Source: Phoronis australis (lineage: Eukaryota > Animalia > Phoronida). Taken from it: a stretch of 64,000 nucleotides of DNA. Positions 49,129 through 59,695 of the stretch are shown here, in pieces. The stretch covers positions 216,752 through 280,751 of the forward strand of contig NMRA01000067.1 in assembly GCA_002633005.1 (NCBI GenBank). The letters are read 5' to 3'. The notes under the pieces were generated by a model that worked only from the letters and a program-made list of their open reading frames with translations, did no database searches and was not told the origin of the DNA. Made by a program: the position numbers and the translations under genes. The stretch's first letter is position 1, and each line of letters begins with the position of its first letter.

Positions 49129-52003
49129 CAGGTCGCCAAACAAAATATGAGGTCGCCAAAATTGGAAACGAAGTCACCGCCACCGACTACTGAGGTTCCC
49201 TGTTCGGTGTAACATTCCGTCGACCAAAAAAATAATGGAAAATAAAATAAAATAAAAAGGGCGTGTGGCTGTAACGGCAACCATTTTCCTTGCCCTCCCA
49301 TAATTTTCCTCGCAGGCGTACGCACATTCAGTCTCTAACCCAGTTATTGCTCTTACCACCGACGTACGCAGGAGGCAGACGACCGACCGATCGTGTCCAA
49401 TTTTTTCCCAATAATCCCGACTTCTGTCTGTTTACTTCCTGTGGTAATTTCAAGGTGGTAGCAAATGCGTTCAATTCACGAAATAAACGGAACAATTGTG
49501 AATCAAAGATAATAATTCTAGAAACACTATAAGTCAACACGAACCATAAAACGAATTTAGAGGAAAATGTTGTCTGACTTTGATACTCGCAGTGACGACT
49601 CCGTGGCGGACTTGGAATTTTCCCAGGTCTCCTGAGCACAAGTTTTCTACTTAGGAGACTACGACGTCTTCTCATTTTAGACAGATTCGACATATTCTGT
49701 GCCATCTATTGGCCATGTTTATGAATACAATAAACGTTCCTAGAAGAAGACCCTGCATGCGGTGCAATCGTGGGAGCATTTCAGAGCTTCACGTTGCTCT
49801 TGTCACGAATACAAGAGAATGCCTAGACTTTCCTGACTGCGCATGGCTCGGGCCCGCCCACGCACAAAATTCTTCTCTCGTGTATGCTATTCCCTTTTCG
49901 TAGGGGACACTTTTCGTGAAACATACCCCTGGGGACGATGGATAGTGGATTTTGCAAATAGACAACGTATACAGGGTATGTCTAATCTCTTTCTATATCC
50001 AATATTTACCGAGTCCTGTTGAAACCTGTCTATTACACAAAACTGTAGTCGAAAACGGCTGAGGCGTAATGCTGCAAATACAAAGAATTGCTATTTGGTA
50101 CATGGGCCAGAGGCCCGGTTGCACAAAACAGACAGGGCGTTGGTTCTATAGCTTACTGCTCTGTTTGATTACAACCAGAGTTGATTTAATATGTTTACTA
50201 TAGAATACTAGAGAACATTCTTGTAAATTCCAGCACATAAGTGATTTATTAGTATAGAACGGTGATTGAGTAGATTCCGGAAAGTTCTAGCATCCGCGGC
50301 GGCAGTGTAATGTGGACGTTAGGCTGAACGAGGGCACATTGCTCTAGGGCAAATAGTTTTAGGATACCTCGTAGTGCGAACACTACTCATACGTAGCGGT
50401 ATGTCAGTTACATGTTATGCTTGCTATCGCATCACCATGATTAACTGTGTGATTCAGCCCAAATTTCCAATAGCCTGTCTGTCGACAGATTTGCCTTTCT
50501 CACATTAGCTTTGAACAATTGCAAGCAGCGACAACTTTAGCGAATGTGGATCTATTTCAATGACCTTCTCTCAAGGTGTTGCTCTAGTTCAAACACTTGA
50601 AAATACATCAAACCAAATTAAGTTATAATGTTTTTCTCTTTACTTTAATCCATCTGCCTTTTTGGACACAATATTGTACCTCGGCCGAAATCAAAAAAAA
50701 AACAAAAAAACGATCGATTACTCTCGTCTATTTCTTGACTCCATTCTTGATGTTTCAGTTCATTTTTCTTTCTTCGTCAACATTCTGAGTTGAAAATATC
50801 ACGATGAATAAAATGTTTACAAAGGCGCAGTTAGGCAATAACTCGGCATCCGCCCATCTCCAATAGCCACGAAGTGTACCCCAGCTTGAGGACAACCCAG
50901 TTCAGAGCCTGGGTGAAACGATTAGCGCGTTGACGAAAAGGTCCTAATTTATTTCAAATAATATTAAGAACTCAACGTATAATTTGCTGCAGGTATTGAA
51001 CCAAGCTAAAACTTGTGGCAACAACGAAGACAAAATAGCTGAAGAAAGGACAAGCAGTCCACGAATGCGCTGAAAATTTACAGAACACTATTGAGGATAT
51101 TCAATTGGGATTTTTTTCTTGGAGAAGCCACAGATCCTGTAATCGGGCCTTGGACAGTATGTTTGCTGTTGCTGTGTAGTCATTTCTTTTACTTATCACT
51201 GAACGATTCATCATTTTATTAAAAAATGTATAGGAAACAAACGTGCTTTTATGTTTTTTAATGAAGATAACACGATTTCTCAGTTACACAATGCGTCCTG
51301 ACAGTTAACAGTTAACAAGGTTCAAGCTTTTCATTATCAGAAAACTAGTTTTACAACATTTGAACACAAAAGTTGGCATTTGTGTTAGAAGCATCCTCTA
51401 TTTTGTTGCTACCAAATAATTTTAAATGAGATCTGTTGGAAATCAGAGTGTTGAGCAAATTTGCGGACATTTTCGCCAACACCGCATACTTTATCTAAAA
51501 ATTGTCACGGAAACGACTCGGCGTGTTCACTAAACGAAGACACACCATCACACCTAAATCAGCCACGTGTTTGCTCTCAGATTGACGAATATTTAAAATT
51601 AAATAAGTTATAAACTTAAATTTCACCAGTCGTCCCGTTCAGCGCGCCGTTGTTGTGGAAACCTTGGAAATTAGCCGGTTGCACTTGGGCACTTTCGTAC
51701 ACGCATTTCTTATACAACGTATGTATTGTTTAGTTTTACTGGTCTTTTCATGTATGAAGTCTTTGTCGATGTACCGTGCGATGTTTAGTTTGGGCTTGGG
51801 TATAATACATAACATTTCCAATAACAAAATGCATCATATATAATGTAAACTTCTCCATTGAATCCCTTACAATTATTCCAAAGGTTCCCAAGAAATAAGC
51901 TTTTAAAATATTTCATAAAAAGCAATGTCCTTAGTCGAAACTGTTTCTTTAGACTGTTTCTCGATTTCTAAATTCTGTGATGTGTGTGGTTTTGTAATTT
52001 TAG

Positions 52004-52263
52004 TTCTGTAGGCGCGATAGGTCCCGCTGCCTCGATAGCGTCCACTGTTGAAGACATGGCGAAGTATTTGAAGTTTTTGGTCTCTGAGGGTAAGACGGAG
52101 GACAACCGTACCCTGGTCCCCTCTAAGGTTCTCCAAGGAGTCTTCTATCCCGTTATGGTTTTACCTCAGCCCTGGTTTGGCGGTGCTATGAGTCTAAACA
52201 GCGCCCCTTTTAAATGGTCGTTGGATTATTACGCCAAAGGTTGGATGGTTGGTTGGTACAAAG
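52004..52263 (+). CDS. Beta-lactamase-like hydrolase copy B, exon 4
   Basis: ttttag|T; IGPAASIASTVEDMAKYL...YAKGWMVGWYK; G|gtaacg donor. Confidence 0.9.
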
Positions 52264-52686
52264 GTAACGTCAAGTTATTGATAGATTCTATACACAGCCA
52301 CGCGTAAACATCCCCACAGAATACACAGGAAGAGTTAAAGCTTCTATAAACTTGCATTCCGTCTAAAAAGCAAAATTTTGATTTAGACCAAATACCATAA
52401 TCAGTCAGCTATTAAAGCAGACACTGGGTACACATGTATGAGTGACCCGGTTTCTTGTGCAAGTCCAAGTGACCACTCAGTATCTATAAAGTAGATCATA
52501 GTTTGTAGGATTAATCACATGTTGCAGCAACCTAGTAGAAATTTGGTAATTTAGCTTGGACTTGTGAACTGATCCGTAACTTGGTTAAATAGACATGATG
52601 ACTAGCCCAAGATGGCGTGGGGGAATTGTGTAGCAAGTTTTCTTCATTTTGTTCGTTAGTATTGCTTATCGCTCGTGTTTTTCCAG

Positions 52687-53411
52687 GTCACAAAATACTT
52701 GCACACGGTGGTAATTTGTTTGGTCACGACTGTTTTATGACGTACATCCCGGGAAAAAAGAGCGCCATCTACACTTTTGCAAACGGACCCTCGTCGATCC
52801 CGTCCATTAAAGCCAACATTCTGCTGCACAACTACATTGTTGACGTGGCACGTGGCGACACACCTTGGCTTAATGGCTCTACAGCATGTTCATATCCACA
52901 ACCGTGGGGAAGTGCAGACAACTTTTACTACAGCCTGCCAATCTTCAACTTCCCGAGGAATCTCTCACTTTCTCGACCCATTGATGAGTACTTGGGCACT
53001 TTTGGAAACTTTGCTCTGGGAAATCTTACAGTAATTAAAAATGAAGACGGTCGATTACAGATGAATTATGGCATACACGGAAAATTAGTCTTATATCCTC
53101 AAGCAGAGAAAGACAAGTTTTTCGTTGAAGCAAAAGAACCGATGGCGCATATCCCTGAAGTGAACTCTCGATTCAGCAAATTTCGTTATGTCCATTTCGC
53201 TGACGCCGTTAATGGGAAATTAAATAAGGTAAACGTGGCCGTGTTTAATTTTATGGACCCGCCAATATTTGTGAGAAATCAAAAACTATCGGATGCCTCA
53301 ATGCCACACAGTGATCCCTGTGACATCTCTGGTTCACCACAGTCTCCGCCAGGTTCGCGCGTGTTTCTACTCGTCTTGAGTTTTCTTCTGCATCACGTCT
53401 ATTTGTCGTAG
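52687..53411 (+). CDS. Beta-lactamase-like hydrolase copy B, exon 5
   Basis: tttttccag|GT; HKILAHGGNLFG...VFLLVLSFLLHHVYLS*. Total 1728 nt = 575 aa + stop. Confidence 0.92.
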
Positions 53412-53555
53412 GTTAGCAGTTGACAATTCACAATATTTTAAGGCTGCCAATATGTTTTCAAAGACGCGAGTAGATTTATATTCAAAATATGACTGAAGTG
53501 CACGTAGAGATGTTCAGCTAAAATAACGCGTCAATAAGGCATGCGATATTTTACA

Positions 53556-53678
53556 TATAGTTCATCCCACATACATAGGAATACTACTGCCATATCCTAT
53601 CGCGAATTCACTTCACCTGGCTATGCCCCTCCGAGACCGAAGACAGAAGTATTCCCTAGGTATGTGTGATAACCTATA
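53556..53678. mobile_element. TA-flanked MITE just downstream of copy B stop
   Basis: tatagttcatcccacatacataggaatact / agtattccctaggtatgtgtgataacctata imperfect inverted repeats. Confidence 0.65.
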
Positions 53679-54110
53679 TTTATCCCATATATATGGACTT
53701 ACTTGCATCCCGCAAAACCTTGTTGCCTTGTGCTCCGGTTATATGAAGTCATGTGTATGCCAATAAAGATTTATTTCCTAACGTATTGATTAAATTTTCA
53801 GTTTGTGAAACATACAAGTTAAATTACTGGATAATTAAAAATATCAAACGTTTGTCGGAAACTTAGAAACAATCCATACGGGAATATAGAAGTTGAAACA
53901 TTACCTGAACAGTTGTGCAACAGTGTGCCGTTTTAGCTTCGATGAATTTCTTAAAAAAAAATGCAGGCGGTCTGATACACGTTGTACCAGACGTGCGCAG
54001 GCCTCGCATGTGGGCCCATTGCACTGATCACCTGGAAATATTTTTTTTATGCTTTATTGATATATGGTTAAAACCGAGCTGAGGAGCTAGAAACCTGGCT
54101 CAAGGGTTTA

Positions 54111-54186
54111 GCAGTGTGACCTGGTGGGACTTGAACCCACGACCTCGAGTAAAGAAAGCGGGCACTTATCAACCAGGCCACACTGC
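54111..54186 (-). mobile_element. tRNA-derived SINE head / tRNA-like pseudogene
   Basis: Minus strand reads GCAGTGTGGCCTGGTTGATAAGTG...GTCGTGGGTTCAAGTCCCACCAGGTCACACTGC with an A-box and a GGTTCAAGTCC B-box; the anticodon arm does not fold convincingly. Confidence 0.55.
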
Positions 54187-55255
54187 CTCTTCCAATTTCT
54201 TAGTTTTCTTCGTCCATTTTCTTGTCTTAGGTTTTGGACTGTAAATAGTAATAGAAACATTTCCCCTAGTTGATCACAGCATTGGAAAATAACGGTGGAA
54301 ACTGTGCTGGTTTGCTGAACTTAAAATAAGGACTGTGCCGCAAAAAACAAGATTTTACGCGCCACGGAGAGTTGAACACACGCTAACACAGGACCACTTC
54401 AAATCAAATTGCATTTTTATTCAACTTGGTAGTAAGCCTGTATTCAAAAGTGTTTTTTCGTCAAATTGTTTTTTTTTCTTGATGACGTTGTCTTATTACA
54501 ACCTGTTCTGTCGCTATTGCTTGGCACTGATGTTTGTAAACGACAGGTTCCTCAAGACAGACAGCCTGCAAGTGTATTGTCGGAATGACAGCCGAAGGCA
54601 CCTAGACTTCTTTGCCCTATTGGAAACAAAATAAGACCTTGGCTGCTTCCATGTTTTAACCTCTTAACGCAAGTGCATATTTTGGAATTTCTTGATTCTG
54701 TGCTTTTGTCTAATCAATCTTGTATCTCATACAGTGCTCATGAAGTTTTTGTCATGAAATGGTTAAGAATACCTTTGTTGTTATGGCACTATTAATATGA
54801 AATAAAATTTACAATAAAACGTGTATAAAAGCAGGTCAATTTAATTGTTATTTCTTATGACACGTGCCATGTGTTCCTACTAGGGACGCGCGATCATGAG
54901 TGTCTGTAACTGTTTCGGCCCATCAAACACGGGGGAAAGTCAGCGGACTCACCAATTGTGCGGTAGGTGGGGCTAGTTACAAAACGATCACTCGATTGAC
55001 TGCCACTTTTGATGACCATTGAAGCAACGCCTGCCGATACTGAAACTACTCACCGATATTCTAATAAAATTAGAGCGGTCTAAATCACCTTTCGCATTTG
55101 GTCAAAAATTATTGTAGAGGAAGAATGCTACCCCACGGTTCTTATCAGTAACTGCTCTAAAAAAAAACCGGACTAACGAGCGGACAACACTAGTCCAATT
55201 AGGTAAGCGCAATGGGACCGGTTTGGCCTGGACCATTTACTCGACCGTCCAGTAT

Positions 55256-55589
55256 CAGTGGCGGATCTAAGATAGCATAAGGGGGGCCCAACATTTTGTC
55301 TCGGGCAATTGCGCAAAGCACGATTGCATGCGCGCACCCAGCCTACAACAGGAGGACCCGAATTCCTGGCCGGGGACGTGCACCTCGTACACCTAGGACT
55401 GAAAAAGAAAAACGGACAACGGTTGCGCTGGTGGTCTGAACCGGACACTTGCAATCGGGTCTGAGCTCCCCCGTCAGCCGCATGTTAATTGCCGGGTTAA
55501 TTAATGAACTCCATATTTCCTTACGCTCTTGTTGTTTTTTGCGGCAGCCAGGGGGGGGGCGTCCCCCTCCCCCCCTAAATCCGCCTATG
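55256..55589. mobile_element. MITE with CAGTGGCGGAT termini, 5-bp TSD
   Basis: cagtggcggatcta...taaatccgcctatg; TSD agtat at 55251-55255 and 55590-55594; absent from the paralogous flank at about 27358. Confidence 0.8.
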
Positions 55590-56912
55590 AGTATTCATGC
55601 TTTCCCACGCGATTGCGGAATTCTTCCCGTCATTCCACGCACTCTCGTTGTTGTTACTCGTTGCATACTGTCACTGTACAACTTAAAATACGTATCAAAG
55701 TAAGTCTAATAAGAATAGGAGAAGCAGTATTACTGGTCAGTTACAGTGGTCCGTAATTTAGAGAACTAGTTTCCTCCACTGAATAACGGGCCTGTTACTC
55801 ACTGATTGTTAGTTCTCTAAATTAGAGGCCACTATGTCCGACAAGTGTCTTGATGGCAGTGTGTGGAGCGTACTTAGTACGGTGAAGCTTTAAAATTAGG
55901 ATAGTGGAATCTGAGTCCGGTACGTGGGAAAAGTGATCGTATGTTATCATGCTGATCTGAAATAAGTTCAGATCGCAACCTAGTCCGGACTTTATCAGTG
56001 TTTATGCGACAGCAGCTTATTGTAAAACATTTTAGGCTGAATTTCTCATGTTGTGTCATATCAACGAGATACCTAACGAAGCTGAAAAGCACAAATGGTT
56101 CATTTTCAAAGGCGACAATGCGATCTCATTATGTATGACATGAAAGAATCTCCTAACTGGTGATGACGCAATTAACCTTTCGCTTCACCATTTTGACAAG
56201 GCGACATCGTTTCGTATCTAGTGAACAATAAAACATTTCGTTTGAAATGGTCATAATCTATGGCCAAATCAATTTGATTGACAAGCTCCCACTGATTTAA
56301 TGATGTCGGAGCTGTAAGCCGTAACAGTAATCAAAGGCATGTCATTTTTAAATTCCAACAGTTTTGCCAACTCTGTGGTGCTGACGTGCACGTATATTTA
56401 ATGTACAAGTAAAATGAGTTTCCACAATTTTCAAAATTTAAAAAAGTTTAGGTCAGTTTTTAACCGGAAGTAATAATAAAAAGCCACGTCTAAGTCCTTC
56501 AAAAATTTTAAAAAAGGAATTTCCATTTCAAATGTTATATTAACTGATCTAAACACAAAACGATCTCTTTAAGCATTAAGAATGGTGTGGGATTTCAGTC
56601 AATTTCATCAAATGTCCACATTTTCACTAACATTCGGAAATTTACTAAATCACATTGACGGAACTCACTAGCGCTTCTCTACAATCTGTGCAGGCTCTGT
56701 AGAATTATTAACCAAGAAACAAAACACGTAGCTTGAACATGCGCTTGCTTGCAACCTACATTTAACGCTTTTGTAAAGATAATAATATTCCAACAAATTT
56801 TACAATTACATTTTGAAGCTCCGTATCGAGCCAGTCATCATCAGTCTTATCTGACCACATCTCTGCATTCTTCACACACCTAAGGTTATTGCAGATGGGG
56901 TACGTATAGCAA

Positions 56913-57201
56913 CAGTGGCGGATCTAGGATATCATAAGGGGGGAGGCAACATATTGTCAGTCTCGGGCAACTGCGCAAAGCACGATTGCATGCGCAGANG
57001 AACTTCGTACTTTCTGCCTAAAAACAATCGGAGGACTAAAAAACGGGAGCCCCACACACATGTGCACGCGCAAATACACGCATCAAAATTTCAGCCGCAT
57101 TTTAATTACCGGGTCGGTTAATAAACTCAATATTGCCTCACGCTGTTGCTGTTTTATTTTTTTGGCGGGCCCCATGCCCCCACCCCCCAACTCCGCCCAT
57201 G
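56913..57201. mobile_element. MITE with CAGTGGCGGAT termini (second copy)
   Basis: Similar to 55256; TSD agcaa at 56908-56912 and 57202-57206. Confidence 0.8.
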
Positions 57202-59390
57202 AGCAATTCATTATGGTATTAGTAACTTAACCGTCGTCTTGTCACATTTAACATTTATGCAGGCACAACGCTGTCTTCCAGACTTTCAAGGCTGCCATTC
57301 AGCAAGTAATAAGTACACGATTTGACGAAGTGGGGATTTTCACTTTCTCATAAGTTCACTAGGCAATCTGACCCTAAGCCATCTCATCAAGCGGTCTTAA
57401 GCATGTACAGGAACCACGAGAATAAAATATTCCTTGAGAAAAAATAGAGAGCTGCCGGCTTACATCATTGCTGGATACCAGCTTACACGAGCGTGGTTTT
57501 AAAAGCGTTTTGGTCTATTTAGTTGACTGAAAATCGAACATCGAATTTGAACTCTTACTTTCATACAATTGGCCTCATAATATTCCATACCTTGATGGGT
57601 TTCTAACTCCGTTTCCGTTGATCCCGACCTGTTCCCATCAAGTTGGCCACGGCATAGTAAATTTAAGAGATTTATCGCTGGGCTTTGGGTTGTTTTCGTT
57701 CCACTGATAAACAACAAGATTAAGAGCTCACAGATCAGTGGAACAACTACGATCTTTGCCGATTGTAAAACCGATAGTTACTGGAAGAGAAAATAATTAA
57801 ATTACGGCGTAAATCCATTATTTACATGCGTATTTTTTCATTCTACTTCTTTGTATAGGAGCTTAACCGAACTGCTCTTTGCAGTGGAGTCGTCCAACAC
57901 GACAAAGACCCGCAACTTTAGTGAGCTTTTTATTGAGGCTTCATGAGAATCATCGCCTGAACCAATCTTTGACATTATCCACGACTCTGATTACCGCAAA
58001 ACTCGCTCACAGAACTTATAGTTATGTTGCTGTTTACTGCTTAAATTGTGTGTAAAAGCAATGTTGTTTTTGTATAGATACACTAATTAGAAGCAGAATT
58101 TACCCCTAGAATATTCTTGACTGTATATTTGTTTCAAGTGACGAATGGGCGCCACAGCACTGAAATAAGTTGGGGGGGGGGGGGGGGTANGTATAGCCCG
58201 CAGCCCCCTATGGTGCGTCGCCCTTGTGGCATGAGGTGTTGTAGATGAGTACAGCTCATTGTCTGCTGTATTTGATTTTTTTGTTTTTCATGCCACGCTG
58301 TTGTAGATTGGTAAGGATTTGTATTAGTTGTGTAACGTATAGTAAGGAATCAGAGATGTTGTATTTTTCTCCTCGTGGAAATTTACTAAATTGACATGAA
58401 GTGTTATTGATGACTAATACTTAGACCATTCAGCCATTACTGTCCGCTGTAATGTTTCGTAATTTTTGTTTTTCAGGATACGTAGGTGCCACGACTGACT
58501 GTAACGCGTATAGCGCGGCGAAACTAAATACAGAATCACGTATTTTCGGATTTCCAAAAAGACAAGATTTTCATTTTGATAACATTTAGCGAATAGTTAT
58601 TCGCAACCTAGTGAACTGCTTTTATAACGTTCATTGCATTACGGCCTCATCGAATCACTTTCCAAAGGCTTGCTCAAAGTTGACACAAGTGAGACTGTGA
58701 TATCTGTGGTGTCTTCATCTTTAATCAGTGTTCATCATACCTACCACGAACAAAAATAAAGAACCGGCTGTTACATTAGAAAATCTTTTTAAATTTTGTG
58801 CGCATTAGTTGTTTGGTACATATAGGCTGACAACTCTAATGGCCCTGGCATGCGTAACGTTTACATGTATATTCAATTTATGTTGAAAAACTAATTGCAT
58901 TGCACGCCTATGACACGAGCAAATTCGTGGTAGAAAACCGAGATAGTGTTCTGTGATATGCGTCCCGTGTGTCACAAGAGCTCTGCTGTGAACCATTATG
59001 AGACACGAACATTTTTGCTTTCTACGTACAGTGCGTTTGACTTTGAACACCATAAGTTCCAAAATTAAACACATAGTGTTGTGCGCTTTTAGAACAAAAT
59101 CGAGTTCACAAATTGTAACATTTTTTTGTGTTCCATTTCACGTTCTAAAGCAAAACACACACCTTTGGTGTGTAAACGTAAGAAATCACACTAATAGCCA
59201 GTATGATCACGCATGAAAATATCTCGCGAAGATTTGCGCTGTCGATGCCTCCATCCTAGGCCTATTATCCAACCGTGACCTCATTTCGACTTCTGAGCCG
59301 TCCAAATAAGGGGTTTTCAAGCGGCTTTGCTAACAATCACTCGGCTGCTTCTGAGTAATAACATTGACAGCTTATACAGCTTCAGCTGAC

Positions 59391-59695
59391 ATGGGGCCTT
59401 ACTCCCTCACTGTCACTGTTCTCTTAGTTGTGAGTTTGCAAGATGTGTTCGGTGTCTTAAACTCGCAACAGCTTCAGGACATCGATGGAATTGTTTCGCA
59501 GCTGATGAGGTGCCGCGATATACCCGGGATGGGAGTGGCGGTTGTTTTGAACGGCCAGACTGTCGTTCAGAAGGGGTACGGTTTCGCTGACGTCGAAAAT
59601 AAAGTCCCATTTACAGAGAAGACCCTATTTGCAATCGCGTCCGTCTCCAAGCAGATGTCGGCGACATTACTCGCCTTGTTGATGAACGAAAAAGG
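59391..59695 (+). CDS. Beta-lactamase-like hydrolase copy C, exon 1 (remainder presumably beyond window)
   Basis: MGPYSLTVTVLLVVSLQDVFG...TLFAIASVSK...MNEK; GG|gtaagt; same 305-nt length as copy A exon 1. Confidence 0.9.
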
